Assembly (NCBI GenBank): GCA_030704615.1
Contig: CM060733.1
Coordinates: forward strand, 76,570,001 to 76,634,000
DNA: 64,000 nt
Source of the DNA: Takakia lepidozioides
Lineage: Eukaryota > Plantae > Bryophyta
Direction of reading: 5' to 3'
The notes beneath the pieces were generated by a model, which ran no database searches, was not told where the DNA came from, and was given only the letters and a program-made list of their open reading frames with translations. The position numbers and the translations under genes are program-made. Positions 23,005 to 36,519 of the stretch are shown in pieces (within the stretch, counting starts at the first letter, position 1; each line of letters begins with the position of its first letter).

Positions 23005-26000
23005 TGCCTTCTTTGGTGGGGTGGATTTGCACTACCATTAGATTGCTGGGTCAAAGCATCTGCTGATTGTCAGGGCAGGCTGTGGGTAGTACGATCACTT
23101 TGAGACGAGTTAATGTGGTCAATTAACCAGTCTAAAACCAAAATGGCTGCAGACGATGACCTCAGAGAAACAGCTTATGAGATACTTGTGGCTGCCAGTG
23201 GGAGTTCTGCAATGAGTGCAAGGAGCATGGGGCCTGGAGGTCGAAGCAAAGCTGCTGAGAAATCTCTTACCTCGGCTGCCGCCAGTCGCGTGAAGAAGGC
23301 TCTAGGTCTTCATTCCAAGGGTCCTAAGGATCTGCAAAGCTCATCATCATCTAAAATTAAGAAGCCTGTCACAGTTGCGGAAATCATGAGGGTACAAATG
23401 CAGGTCTCTGAACAAAGTGATATGCGGACTCGGCGGGCTCTCTCTCGGGCTGCAGCAGGACAGGTACTAACAGGGATTTCTGTCCTTTGAAACAAACACT
23501 ATTTTTTTCTAGCCTCTCGTGAAAGATTCTGGCTTGCTGCTTCATTGACATGCATCCTCACGGAGGCTGAATGTTATGTCCTCTATGATGCTTAACTATG
23601 CACATAAGCTCTCTTGAACTCGATTAATATCCAGGAAACTATCTGTAATTCCATGGCTGGGGGGCAGCCCGAGGAAACTTAGTTTTCAAGCGGATTAGCA
23701 GGTTGGTCTGCTGCTGGCAGTGTGGTACTGACAGTCTGGAGTAGTTCAATGAGACTAATGCAGAGGAAAGCCCCTACAAAGCTTCACAACATTACTTCTG
23801 GCATTGGTCCCCCCATAACTATAGATGCAGCAAGTATCACCTTCCACTGAGCTGAACAGATCGATTGGATAGAACTGTGAGCAGTTTTTTACTCGAAGGC
23901 TGGTTCAAAACTTCCGAATTCCAGCAGCATTCAAATTGGAAGTTTGTCTGTGATATACAGCAGCTCCAAGGAAATCTTGTATCAGACAACAAAGTTATTA
24001 CCCTTTTACAGTTCCAAGTCTTCATGTCATGTTGATGACTCGTCTTTTGCTAAGAATTGCCCTTCGTAGAGAGGGAAGTTGAAACCCTGTTCTGCTTTTG
24101 GTGACGTTGATGGATTTGGTGTTGTTGATTTTCCAGGCCAGTAAGCGCAGTGAGTTGATGTTGGTTCCACTGGAACTGTTGCAAAACATTGGGTCTTCTG
24201 CCTTCACAGATCAGAAAGAATATCAACGTTGGTTGAAGCGCCAGCTACGAGTGTTGGAAGCAGGTCTTCTTGCCCATCCCTTGGTGCAAGGAGATGGGGG
24301 GCTAGACTCACTTCGTTTGAAACAAACCTTACAGGACATGCCTAACAAATCTGTGGAAACAGGAAAGAATTCAGAGACTATGCAAGCCTTGCGCAATGCA
24401 GCTATGGGACGTGCTACAAGGGCCTTAAATGGCGAGTATGCGGATTGCCTTCACTGGGCCGACGGGTTCCCTTTGAATGTATATCTGTACAAGGCACTCC
24501 TCCATGCTTGCTTTGACACTCTTGAAGAAGGTTCAGTGGTTGACGAGGTGGATGACATGCTTGACTTGATCAAGAAGACATGGGGAGTCTTGGGCATTGA
24601 CCAAATGACACACAATTTGTGCTTTATGTGGGTCCTATTCCATCAATTCGTGGTAACTGGCCAAACAGAAGCTGACCTTCTTGGGGCTTCTGAGACACAG
24701 ATGATCGAGGTTGCCAAGGATGCAAAGCTGCAAGTGCAGCCTGATCAGTTACAGCTGCTGAATGCTACACTTAGCACAATGCAATCTTGGGCAGAGAAAA
24801 GGCTTCTAGCATACCATGACTCATTTCCTGGGGGAGCCAAGGGGCCGATGGAGGGATTACTGTCACTGGCTATCTCAGCTGCCGAAATTCTCCATGAGGA
24901 TATATCACAGGAGTATCGGCGCCGACGGAAGGACGACTCCAATGTTGCAAGCAGCCGTATTGATGTCTATGTCCGTTCATCCATCAGGACTGCATTTGCC
25001 CAGGTAATTGAAATCATGGCATTGCTTGATGTCCTTTTATGGATTAGTGTCCAGTGTTTTCTGATGTCTGCTGAGATACCCAAGTTAGCTCTACCTTGGT
25101 AGATTATACTCGACAGAGTGGTTGGCTGTAGTCGTTAACTGATTGACCACCTGTTTACACTGATATTGAGGTGATAAGGTTTTCCTGAACATAGCATCAA
25201 CCTAAAGGTTCTATGTTCTGCCACTTCTTCAGGTAGGTGTCCCACAGCTCAAGCTTAAAAAGCTAGTCTGTGCAGTCTTCTCGTGATGTTTTTGGAAGGC
25301 CCACCAGTCAACCTGTTGTTGGAAGACACTTATGTCTTAAGTCGTCCACATTAATGAGGGGAACAGGCGGATGACGATGAGGATGGCAGATGGAATGAAT
25401 TTAATATACAGTATTAGGCATCTGACGGAAAACAAACACCCTGACATTACCTGTACATGATATTCGAGGAGTTCATGATGGATGATTGGATTTGTTACAC
25501 AACTGCACACGGTCCTCACAGATGATGGAGAGCGTGGATATGAGGAGGAGATCGTTCAAGGGCACTGGTGGGCCCCCTCCAGCACTAGCAATCTTGGCAA
25601 ATGACACATCAACTCTTGCATCAGAGGAAGTAGACAACTTCAGCCCTGTGCTAAAGAGATGGCACCCATACGCAGCAGGTGTTGCTGCTGCCACACTCCA
25701 TGCTTGCTACAGGAGAGAATTCAAACAATATCTGTCAGGGACAACCTCTCTAACAACTGACACAGTGCAAATACTGGAGGCAGCTGACCAACTGGAGAAG
25801 CACCTAGTACAAATTGCAGTGGAAGATGGTGTTGAGTGTGAAGATGGAGGGAAGGGATTGATCCGAGAGATGCCACCCTTTGAAGCGGACACTGCTGTGG
25901 CAGATCTATCCAAGAAGTGGGTTTCAGACAAGCTGGAGAGAATGGGAGACTGGGTGAGTCGCAACGTCCAACAAGAGGTACCGTACCTTGCATACACTCT

Positions 26001-28077
26001 CTCTCCACACACACCCAGCTTTTGTAAGAAAGCAATTGCTGAAGGAAATCTCCCATGAGGGATTGTATACGACTCATGACTGAAGGAATTCGCAGAGCTA
26101 CTCAATCATACTGAGTTACTCTAATAGTAGTCATTTTTTCGGAAAATGAAAATGTGGCAAAAAAGACTATTCTGTGCAATCATAGCACTGGGGTTCTTCA
26201 ATGCCACCAACTGGAAACCCGTGATACGCAGAGTGGCCACACTTTGTGGGCTAGATAGGATTGTGATATGGTAACGGTTTACGGCGTTGTTGAACCTAGG
26301 GCAGTGAAGCCTGTGGTTTCAATATCATTACTCATAGAAGACCCTTGATTTACAGAAGGACAGAAGACGGGGACATGATTGGATTTCAGTCACCTTGTTA
26401 CCTGATTGCTTACCCCATGTGAAAGTCCCAGCGCATTAGTCATGTAGATCCATAGAGGATCAACCTTCTTCGAAGTTCCACCAAGTTTCCTGAATTTGGT
26501 GAGTCTCCTTCGCAGTCTAACAGACAGATTTGGGTGGTTTGTGCAGCAATGGCAGCCGAATGCCATTAGAGAGCGTTATGCCCGCTCGGTGGTGGAGGTG
26601 CTTCGGATCATGGAGGAAACACTAGAAGCCTTTTTTGAACTACCTGTATCACAATACCCTGACCTCTTGCAAGACTTGGTGACCGGGTTAGATAAGGCGC
26701 TGCAGCGCTATGCTTCCCAAACTGTAGCCCCCTGTGGTATGCTCCCTTGCTCCATGATATTTAATACTCAAACTGGATTTAGACACCATGTTGTCAAATT
26801 CCTTGAAAGCTGATTCTTTGCTTGACTGTTTCTGGATCCGAGGACACTTCGTGGTTTTACAAGCACCTGTGCTGCTTTCAGAGCCAGCTGCCTTGCATGT
26901 AGTGATATACTTGTGCTCACTCAATTATGCTATGGGACAGTGCTTGCTCGGGTGACTTTCTGTGAGAGAAAATCCGCCTTGCAACTCCTCTTACTTCCAA
27001 TCTCAGCATCTTTACCTGCCTACTGACCTCTTTCCAACAGGCAGGATGAATTGGTAAGAGGAGGAAAGCGTTGATCCTTTTGTGCATCCCAACTCACAAA
27101 GATGGTATATCCTGCATGAACTGAAGGATAGAATCAAGCTACGCTGTGAACCTGATCTTTGACCTAAATGCTTCTCTATTCGGGTTTTTGCAGGCACCAA
27201 AGACTTGCACATTCCGTCTTTACCACCTCTCACACGATGCAAGACCAGCAGCAAGTCATGGCTTGGCTTGCACAAGAGCAAAGGGAGGGCTGAAGAAAGC
27301 AATGGCAGCACTACACACCGGGGGCCTGCTACTGGTGGGGATGCCTTCAGTCTGCCCTATCTATGTGTCCGCATCAATACCCTACAACACATCATCACAG
27401 AACTGGAGTTCATTGAAAAGAAGATCCGTTTTGGCTGGCAAAAAGACCCCACTGTTACGTCCAATGGTGGTAAAAGTGCTAAGAGTGCGAAGTCGAAACC
27501 TGCCGCTCCCCCTCCAGTTGCCTTATCAGTCGACAGCAGTTTCAAGAGAACAAGGGGGCAAGTCCAGGAGGGTGTCCAGCAGCTGATTGAACTTGCTGCA
27601 TATAGGGTTGCTTTCTCAGACTTAAGGGGTACATTTTGGGAGGGGCTTTATGTGGGAAGGGTGGCAAATGCCAGAATCTCTAGTGTTACTGAGCAGCTGG
27701 ACGCCAAATTAGGGATCATAGCTGACACTTCTTCAGATCGCCTAAGGAATCCTGTTGTGGGGGCCCTTATGCGGGCGTGCTTTGAATGTTTCCTGTTAGT
27801 TCTTTTGGCTGGCGGGCCATCTCGTGCATTCACAGTTAGCGACGCAGACATCCTTAAGGAGGATTTTGGAAACCTCAAGGACCTCTTCAAGGCTGATGGA
27901 GAGGGGTTGCCATCAGATGTGGTGGAAAAGGCAGCTGCCCGTGCAGCACAGGTCCTGTCGTTGTTTGATCTTCCCAGTAATGAGCTCATTGAAATTTTCA
28001 CATCTTTGGATGGGGTGGCAAGCAGATCAGGATCCAGACTCTCCCTTCCCCCGACTACAGGAGTTTGGAGCGCATCA
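22729..28077 (+). CDS. DUF810/Munc13-homology (unc-13/PATROL1-family) membrane-trafficking protein; 6 coding exons, 3' end lost in assembly gap
   Basis: Exons 22729-22837, 23153-23463, 24137-25003, 25522-25977, 26547-26736 and 27194->28077 have GT-AG borders and compatible phases. Motifs include DDLRETAYEILVA, SLTSAAASRVKKALG, LVPLELLQ, HWADGFPLNVYLY, WAEKRLLAYHDSF, LCVRINTLQHI, LLVLLAGGPSRAF and LPPTTGVW. Confidence 0.93.
22912..23001. repeat. (GA)45 microsatellite in intron 1 of the DUF810 gene
   Basis: Uninterrupted GA run. Confidence 0.98.
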
Positions 28078-28577
28078 NNNNNNNNNNNNNNNNNNNNNNN
28101 NNNNNNNNNNNNNNNNNNNNNNNNNNNNNNNNNNNNNNNNNNNNNNNNNNNNNNNNNNNNNNNNNNNNNNNNNNNNNNNNNNNNNNNNNNNNNNNNNNNN
28201 NNNNNNNNNNNNNNNNNNNNNNNNNNNNNNNNNNNNNNNNNNNNNNNNNNNNNNNNNNNNNNNNNNNNNNNNNNNNNNNNNNNNNNNNNNNNNNNNNNNN
28301 NNNNNNNNNNNNNNNNNNNNNNNNNNNNNNNNNNNNNNNNNNNNNNNNNNNNNNNNNNNNNNNNNNNNNNNNNNNNNNNNNNNNNNNNNNNNNNNNNNNN
28401 NNNNNNNNNNNNNNNNNNNNNNNNNNNNNNNNNNNNNNNNNNNNNNNNNNNNNNNNNNNNNNNNNNNNNNNNNNNNNNNNNNNNNNNNNNNNNNNNNNNN
28501 NNNNNNNNNNNNNNNNNNNNNNNNNNNNNNNNNNNNNNNNNNNNNNNNNNNNNNNNNNNNNNNNNNNNNNNNNNNNN
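28078..28577. other. Assembly gap (500 N)
   Basis: Run of N. Confidence 1.
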
Positions 28578-31193
28578 CATCTTGAGACGACCTATCAGGG
28601 GGCGTCTTGGATGATGAGGGAAGAGAATTCGTAGTGGCTTATGCCGGTCGAACAACGCTGCAGAGACTAAATTTAGCTCATATGAGGGAGAGTGTTTAGC
28701 TGCAGTGTGGGCCGTGGCACACTTCAGGTGCTATCTAAACGGTAATCTCTTCACCCTTGTCACGGATCACCAGCCACTCAAGTGGTTGATGGAGTCAGAC
28801 AAGCTTACGGAGAAGCTTGCATGGTGGGCACTCATACTTCAAGAATATGACTTTCACGTTGTGCATCAACCGGATTTGGTTAATCGGGATGCGGATAGGT
28901 TGAGTCGCAATCCATGCATGAGCCAGCAGGATGACACTGGAGCTCGGTGGCATGGTGAGACGGACGAGGAGATGGTGCCCGGATGGCACACATCTTCATT
29001 TCCGTGTATCTTGGCAGCGGAAGGGCAGGTTGGACGTACAACAGGGATGACTGTAAGCCGAGTGTCTGAGGACCCTGAGGCCAGCGATGAGCCACGTGGC
29101 ACTAGAGATATACATGAGGATTCAGATGTGTTGGACTATCTCCGCACTGGAGACACAGCAGCCACTGTAACTGCCAAAGAGAAGGATCGGATCCTACAAC
29201 GAGCCAAGAGGTTCAAGTGGGAGGGGACACACCTACTCCGAGTATGGGAGGATGATCGAGTGAGGATTGTGCCTCACCCAGCACAGCGGGCACGGTTAGT
29301 GCGGCATGCCCATGAGGAGTTGGGGCATTTTGGGGTGCGACGCACCCATAGTCTACTGCAGTGGCAGTATTGGTGGCATGGTATGCACACAGAGGTGCAA
29401 CAATTTGTGGCTAGGTGCATGGTATGTGACAGGGTGCGTGCTTTATTTAACGCCCCTACACCACAATTACACCCTCTTCCGATCATGGGATTGGGCTACA
29501 GGTGGAGTCTTGACTACGCAGGGCCGTTGCCACCCACAACAAGTACGTGTTGGTGATGGTGGAGCACTTCTCCAAGTGGATCGAGTTGGTTCCATTGCCT
29601 GATAAAGCTAGTGAGGGAGCTGCGTATGCATTCTTGGATCGTGTACTTAGCCGATTCGGTGCTCCAACTGAGGTACTCACGGATCAAGGGAGAGAGTTCT
29701 TGGGGGAGTTTCAGGCGTTGTGTGACAAGGCCTTATTAGACCATCGCACCACTTCTCGGGATCATCCTCAGGCCGATGGCTTGGCAGAGAGGGTTGTGCA
29801 AACGGTTAAGAGGGGTTTGCGCAAGTATGGCTTGCAGAAGAGACACCTTAGAGATTGGGACCTTCAGCTACCCTGGTTAGCCATGGGCTACAGGTTCAGC
29901 AAGCAAGCATCACTCGTTCTCGCCTTATTTCCTTCTCTTTGGCCGAGAGCCAGATGTGTCTGCATCTATTCGCAGGGAGGTTGCAGTAGTCCTCAATCCT
30001 GACAATCCGGATGTGTGGGATGTGTATGTGGTCAGCGCGTGGAATTGTTCAAGAAAGTCATGCCCATGGCGAACCTTGCCATTTGCACAATATCGTGATA
30101 CGTTGAGGTATGCTATTATACGTGGTGGGGGCTATCGTCCTGGGGTTCGGAGATTTCACCCTGGTGACTATGTTTATCTGCAGCAGACTGCTCCAACGAC
30201 CCTGGATGTGACTACAGGATGTGTTATTTCGAGAGGTATTGCCCTCAGGCGTCCTGATCTTGGAGGGTCGGGATGACATGACTTGGAAAGACCATGTGCA
30301 TAATTGCGCGCCATGTCACCTTCCGAATGTCGATGGCAGGATTGACCCAAACCTGGCAGTGGTACCTACAAGTTTGAGGTGCATGTTATGTGGGTCTACT
30401 AGAGGGGCAGCCACCATGCTGGTGTGTGATCGATGCTCTAGAGGTTGGCATATGGGATGCTTGACTCCACCTCTTGAGATGGTTCCTGATAGGGATTGGT
30501 TATGTCTGCATTGCATTGGATAGTGGGAGTGGATACAACCATGGAAGGCTAACAAGAATGCAAGGCCAAGCTACTAGGAGACCAACACACGAGATTCTGG
30601 CTCAAGTTCACAGATTGCAAGACGACGACTAACGATGGGACTACTCTTGTACCCGGCCTCTTGGTCTGTAGAGTTTGAGTACAATAGGAACAGTGATAGA
30701 GGACTTAGTACGGCTGTGGCTATTACATCTTGTAGCTATCTGGAGTTAAAAGGACCTAACCACCAGCTAGGGGGGCGATTGTGATAGACTACTTTATTGT
30801 GCATATATGTGTGGTGTGGTTTGGACATCGATGTAGTTGTGTAGTGATACGTATGCGCACGACAGCTGTCAAGTTAAATAAACACAGTGTGAAACTAACT
30901 AGAATAAATCTAGTTATTTGTATTTAACACTTGAAATTAGTTCAAATGTTAAGTCAGGTGTCAAGATTAGCTTGACACCTGAACCATCTTATCTTCACGA
31001 GCTCGTCAGTCGTGCGGCTCATCTCTCTCGAGTTGAGCCTGCACGACCGAGCTCCCTCACTGCTTAACATCTGAGTGTACTTATGGAGGGAGAGTAGGAT
31101 GTTGTGGGGTGGAGTCCCCATAGCTTGGGGTGCCCCTGGCTCGACTCTTATTTTAACGAGTGATTGTGTTGTGTTTGTGTTTCTATGTCATCA
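28578..31193 (+). mobile_element. 3' half of a Ty3/Gypsy LTR retrotransposon: RNase H, integrase, C-terminal PHD finger, PPT and 3' LTR
   Basis: RNase H SSYEGECLAAVWAVAHFR...LVTDHQPLKWL; HHCC zinc finger HEELGHFG...CMVC; integrase core WSLDYAGP / LTDQGREF / GLAERVVQTVK; PHD CMLC...CDRC..GWHMGC...WLCLHC; PPT agggggg at ~30769-30775. Frameshifted. Confidence 0.92.
30780..31193 (+). repeat. Putative 3' LTR of the Gypsy element
   Basis: Begins TGTGATAG just after the PPT and ends ...CTATGTCATCA. The right boundary is approximate. Confidence 0.6.
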
Positions 31194-32779
31194 GACACTG
31201 TGAGTTTAGTTTTTAGATCATTGTGGTAGACCAGAGAGGAAAATGAATAATCCCTCGGACAAGAATCTTGGTGGAGATGGAGGGCAGAAATGTCATAATT
31301 AGGATGGATGAAGTACGGAGTATCTAGAGAAAGGTGTATGGAATACCAAATGCCCATGTAATCAATTATTATCTACAACCCCCACTAAATCAACCACTAG
31401 TGGTTGTAGATAATTTATTGAGGGTTAATATAATAGGCAAATAGTATGCATAGGCGTACCAAATTTCCATGTCTTCATCCCACTTGTTCATTAAATATTC
31501 TCTAATAAACTTTTAGATCCCTTAACATTATGTTTAGATGCTTTCATTTTTTATTTATTGGGCATTTGGTAGAGAGAGAGGAGACTCTGGCCGAAGCCGG
31601 CGTAACTAAGAGCCACTTCGCCTTGCGGCTACTGCCCTTTTGCGGGGGTGGGCCCTATAATGGGCATTTGGTATATAAAAGAATGTCATTTGACCACGTC
31701 CCTCAATAAATCAACCTACTTGTACACCACCAAAGTTAGTGGCACCACCAACTTTGTTGGCGCCACCAACGTAACTAGTGGTGCTCGACATATCTTGGAG
31801 AGCCTTGCAAGTGCACATGAAATTTCACAACCACCCAACAATTGTTGAGACATGGCACTAGACAACTCACTCACATATGTGTGGCTAGCTGGGTTCATGA
31901 TATGGGACATGGATTCCATCATTGTCTTACTATTTTCTCTACCTAGAACTATCGTGATATGTATCATACAAGATCATCCTTCCCGGGGTCTCTTCGCTCT
32001 CCTCCCCGCCGCCACCTTAACCATTTCCTTAGTCATGACAGCTAACATTTCATGTTTCTTCCATATTTTCAGAACCTCAGTTATTATTAACGCTTTCCTT
32101 AGCAGTCCTGCCATTCTTACTGGAACTAACGCACGTGCAGTGCACTCTTCTCTCTCTATCGTTATTGCTTCGAATTCCCTCTTCGTCTCGCTGTTCAAGC
32201 ATGTGCTTAGCCATGGTCCTTACTTTCAAGGCCTGCATTTTGGCTACGCGCTTCTTACGACCAATCTTGTGATCGATTTCACCTCTTATGTTGCAACCCT
32301 CATCACCAGAACCTTGCGGCCTCTTCCGTGTCCCCATTAAATAGTCATCGACACTTAGGCTGCTAAAGCTTGTCAATGGAATGCCCCCAACCACCGCAGG
32401 TTGTACCGGCTCTTTAAGAACAGGGCATATAGATCATACTCGTATGTGGTCACCTTGATCGTTGGGCTTATTGATTGCTGCTTAGGACTGCTCCCATGGC
32501 TGCTTCTGGTCTCTAGTACTGCTCTTTCTTCCAGAGATGGACCCTTCCAAGATCTCATTTTGAGCCTGCTCCTGCCCCACTCAGAATTTGCTGCCCCTTG
32601 CAACTTCCCATCACGAGGCTGCCTGCCAAAATAAGCGTTTCTCCCCCCTGCCACCAAGAGTTGCTTAACAAGGATCTTACCTCCAGATGTTTGAACCCAC
32701 CAATCTCGGTTTTGATCCGCTTTGCAATGGACCCACGTGTTGCCTTGATGACTGACCCCACTTGGCCAATACAGATCCG

Positions 32780-35262
32780 AGGAATGCTAACTCATAAGCC
32801 TGCTCATGAGCTCACGTGAGCCTGTGAGCTTGACTAGGCTTACGTAAGCTTGGGAAAGGGTCTGTAACCGCGGATATTTCACCTATTTCCGTGCATTTCT
32901 GTACATTCGCCTCTTGCCAATAATTATCCCATGATTGAATGACAACATCGGCCACAACAACTTGTTGAGCGAAAAAGAATGTAATCACAAAAATCAATTT
33001 CATTGACGATACCCAAGTTTATGCTCATGTGAGTTCAATTTTGGACAAGAGCTTGAAAGGGAGAAACCACAAAAATAAATAAAGATTTAAAAAAAAATGC
33101 TGACGAAACCCAAGTTTGTGCTCACGTGAGTTCAACTTTGGACATTCTTAGATACGATGAGTTTACACTGTCGAACAACGAAATACTGCACATGGTGTCC
33201 TATTTATGGGTAGTTGCAGGCTACGATGATTATATTTTTGTGTCACAGCACGTGGTTTACATGACATAGTTTGATTCAATTGTACCTTAGAGACGAATTT
33301 TTATTACAACGATGAATTGGGATTCCCTCTTACTACTACAAGCTCTAATCTTTAAATTCTCACCAAGAAATGAAGTTGATTTGTCGAAGTAATGGACTTT
33401 GTCACAATCCATAAAAAAGGTGTTATGGACTTTTTGCACTCACTATAGAAAACAAATATGATAAAAGAGACTCATATTAGTATTGCTCTACTCTTAAAGA
33501 TACTAAAGTCCTATAGAGACCATAAAAAAAAATGAAAGTTCTTACTTCTATATATTATTGTGACTGATTTTTGCCAAAATACATGAATGCATGGAAACAA
33601 AATAAAACAATGGACTTGCTTCACTAAGAGGTACATTTTATGTAGATGAAGAGTAGCTTGAGTCCCACTATGTGAGATAATGAAAATATAAAAAATAAGA
33701 AATAAAATAAGAAAATAAAAATAATGTCTGTTACTAGGAAAAATAAAAATAATGCCATAGTATTTGTTACCGTCAACTTTAGATAATCCATATCTTTCAG
33801 CATGGATAAATCTAGCGACTCAAGTTTTTCCATAATCATTAAATCAAAATTGTAAAAACCCTTGGGACTTCTTGTGTAGGCCACCCTTGGAGTTTTCTGA
33901 GCCATCGTAGCTTGCTTTCACCCTTATTTTGGATGTCCTATTACTTTCCCTTCATTGCCTCTTATGTAGGTGTTGACGCCCACATAATTCATGGGCCTCC
34001 CACAAGTCCTCCAATGACACAATATTTTTTTTTTTCAAAAATAATAAAGTGGGGACTTATGTGGGTGTTGACGCCCACATAATTCATGGACCTCCCACAC
34101 GTCCTCCAATGGCACAAAAAAAAATTAAAATTAAAATTAAAATTGAGAATTTGTATGGGTGTTGCCCACATAACTCATGGATCTCCTGCAAGTCCTCCAA
34201 TGACAAAAAAAACCCCCCTCCCTTAAATTTTTGATTTTTTAAAATATAAAATATGAGGACTTATGTGGGCGTTGATGCCCACATAATTTGTGGACCTCCC
34301 ACAAGTTTTTCAATGACAAAACCAAAAATAAAAATAAAAATAAAAATAAAAAATCCAAAATTTTCAGAAAAAAACATTAATATAAAATATGAAGACTTAT
34401 ATGGGCGTTGACGCCCACATAATTCGTGGACCTCCTATCTTCCAATGACCAAAAAATAGATTAAATTATTTTTCAAAAAATAAATTAATATAAAATGTGA
34501 GGACTTATGTGGATGTTGACGTCCACATAATTCGTGGACCTATCGCAAGTCTTCCAATGACACAATAAAAAATAAAACTTTCAAATTATTTCGAAAAAAA
34601 ACAAAAAACATATCGTAACATAACATAGTTTTGTGAGGTCTAGGAATTATGTGGTCGTCAACGTCCACATAAATCCTTACACCTAATTATAGGCACATAA
34701 TGAATACAACGATACGATTCCATTTTTTCAAATGACGTTGTGGTATTCTCGTGGGAATAGGTCTACATTTGTCTTTGCTTATGACCACTGAGTGTGACGC
34801 CCAAGCTTATGTTTAGTGGGTCAAGCGTGAGCTTGGGTTCATAGGCTCAAGTGAGTAAACTTATGGCGTAGCTTCCTTCCATGCTCTGGGATGACACAAT
34901 CTGGAAGATGACATGTAACCCATTATGCACCTACAGGCGTCGATTTCTCCTGCTTTGTCCTACCACAAAGAGCTCTTTCTGAGACATTTAAGACTTCAGG
35001 AGTAGATGATAAAGGTGGATGGAAAAATGTGCATGATAAAGCTAAGTTATAAAGGTACATGATAAAAGTGGATGGTAAAGGTGCATGATAAAGGTGAATG
35101 ATAATGTGACAATGACTGAAAAAAGAAATTAATACCGCGGAAATAAGAACCTCCCGCGGACATACGTCCAATATGATGGAAATAATTGCATGACGTGCCG
35201 TGAGCTTGGCTGGGCTCACAGGCTCACAGGTTCACGCCTCCAGGCTCACGATATAGCATTGT
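32780..35262. mobile_element. Possible old non-autonomous TIR element (hAT-like) with GTGAGC/GCTCAC subterminal motifs
   Basis: Left end aggaatgcta plus a gtgagcc cluster; right end ggctcac cluster plus tagcattgtg. The flanking 8-mers match at only 5/8. Confidence 0.35.
33960..34680. repeat. Array of 7 palindromic-core repeats (TTATGTGGGCGTTGACGCCCACATAA) separated by AT-rich spacers; last copy inverted
   Basis: Cores at ~33962, 34057, 34151, 34261, 34397 and 34505, with an inverted copy at ~34647. Confidence 0.9.
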
Positions 35263-35989
35263 GCCAGAGCATGTTGGTACACCCCCCATCAGCAGTAGTG
35301 TGGTCGAGTGCAGATCCAAACCAAGCTTCGCTGTCAATGTCATATTGAACTTCTCTGTCTTACATACCGCAGTGATAAACATGGATTTAAATATCTACAA
35401 TTATGATTTGTGTTCCATTGAACTGACATCCATTATCTTTTTCCAGCCTTCCAAACCATCAAGTCGAGAAACCAATGCTCCAAGGCCCTGCGTGTATTCA
35501 GTGCAAATAAAATTCAAGACATCGATCGCACCAGCCATGTTTGGGCTTGCCAGACATATGTACCAACCTTCATTTACATTGTAGTCATGAATCAGAAATT
35601 GTACATAGCCACACAACACAGTGACATATAAGTACTACCATGCATGCATGACAATGTACAAAAAGACATAACAATAAATAATTGGTACACATCATTGCAA
35701 CACACGCAGGTGGGTCAGTTATTTACATAACGGGTAGCCCCTACTGAATTAGAACCATGCTCTTGTCGCTGTTTTTGCTCCCAGAAATTTCGAATCGAAG
35801 TGGAGAACGACCACTTGTTTTAGCCTACACATAAGATATGAGAGCTAATATCAGTGTCATCCTCTAAGCAGCGAACCAAATGACAAAAGACCTCACTAGC
35901 TTAATATATTGACAAATGTCACTTGACAGACAGATTTACGAAATGTTCCTCAACGCCACTGAGACCACTACGTCCAGATCTCAAGGGGA

Positions 35990-36440
35990 TACCAACATGT
36001 TATCTTTTGTCATTCGGGCGTGTTCCATTGCCTCACTAATTCTGCCCAAGTCTTGTCCGCAACATAGTGGGATTTAGGCTTCCTACGGGAGTACACTGTT
36101 CTAAACAGTTTGATGCGCAAATATTTAATCACGTCTCCAATCTCAGTCCGAAGCTGGACGTCAGTTAATACGGGAGGTAAATATTCCCAATTTTTTGATA
36201 ATATCTCACAAACCTCATCAATCACACCTTGAGGTTGAAAATAGATGGAAACAAACAAAGTCCAGCAGACGTTGGCAATGTCATCACAGTTGTAACCCTT
36301 TTTGCCTTGCGCAAAAAATTGTTTCTGTCCCTGCCAGTTAAATGTTTAACATCTAGAATTATACTCGAATCACGAGCTTTTTTTACTCCCTCGGAACCTG
36401 CAATATGGGGCCCTGTGTGCGAGCCACTACTGAACATGAG
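35990..36440 (-). pseudogene. CACTA TnpA/Ptta-like accessory protein fragment
   Basis: ...LRIKLFRTVYSRRKPKSHYVADKTWAELVRQWNTPE resembles the P..V...W..LV..W..PE signature, and it lies next to CACTA-type arrays. Confidence 0.45.
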
Positions 36441-36519
36441 TCACTATTGAACAATTGCGTTTTTCTGCGGATAATTAATGTAACATTCCCCTTCAGGCAA
36501 CTTCTCTACTCCATCATGG

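Noticed and set aside
22729-28077. Gene symbol PATROL1
   Set aside because: The family is clear, but the sequence looks closer to other DUF810 paralogues and orthology cannot be shown.
27205-28655. Long ORFs spanning the N run
   Set aside because: Artefacts of translating through the gap.
31852-32819. Overlapping short ORFs as genes
   Set aside because: No recognisable domain or consistent frame.
33960-34680. CRISPR array
   Set aside because: Eukaryotic context, low-complexity A/T spacers of uneven length, degenerate repeats and no cas genes.
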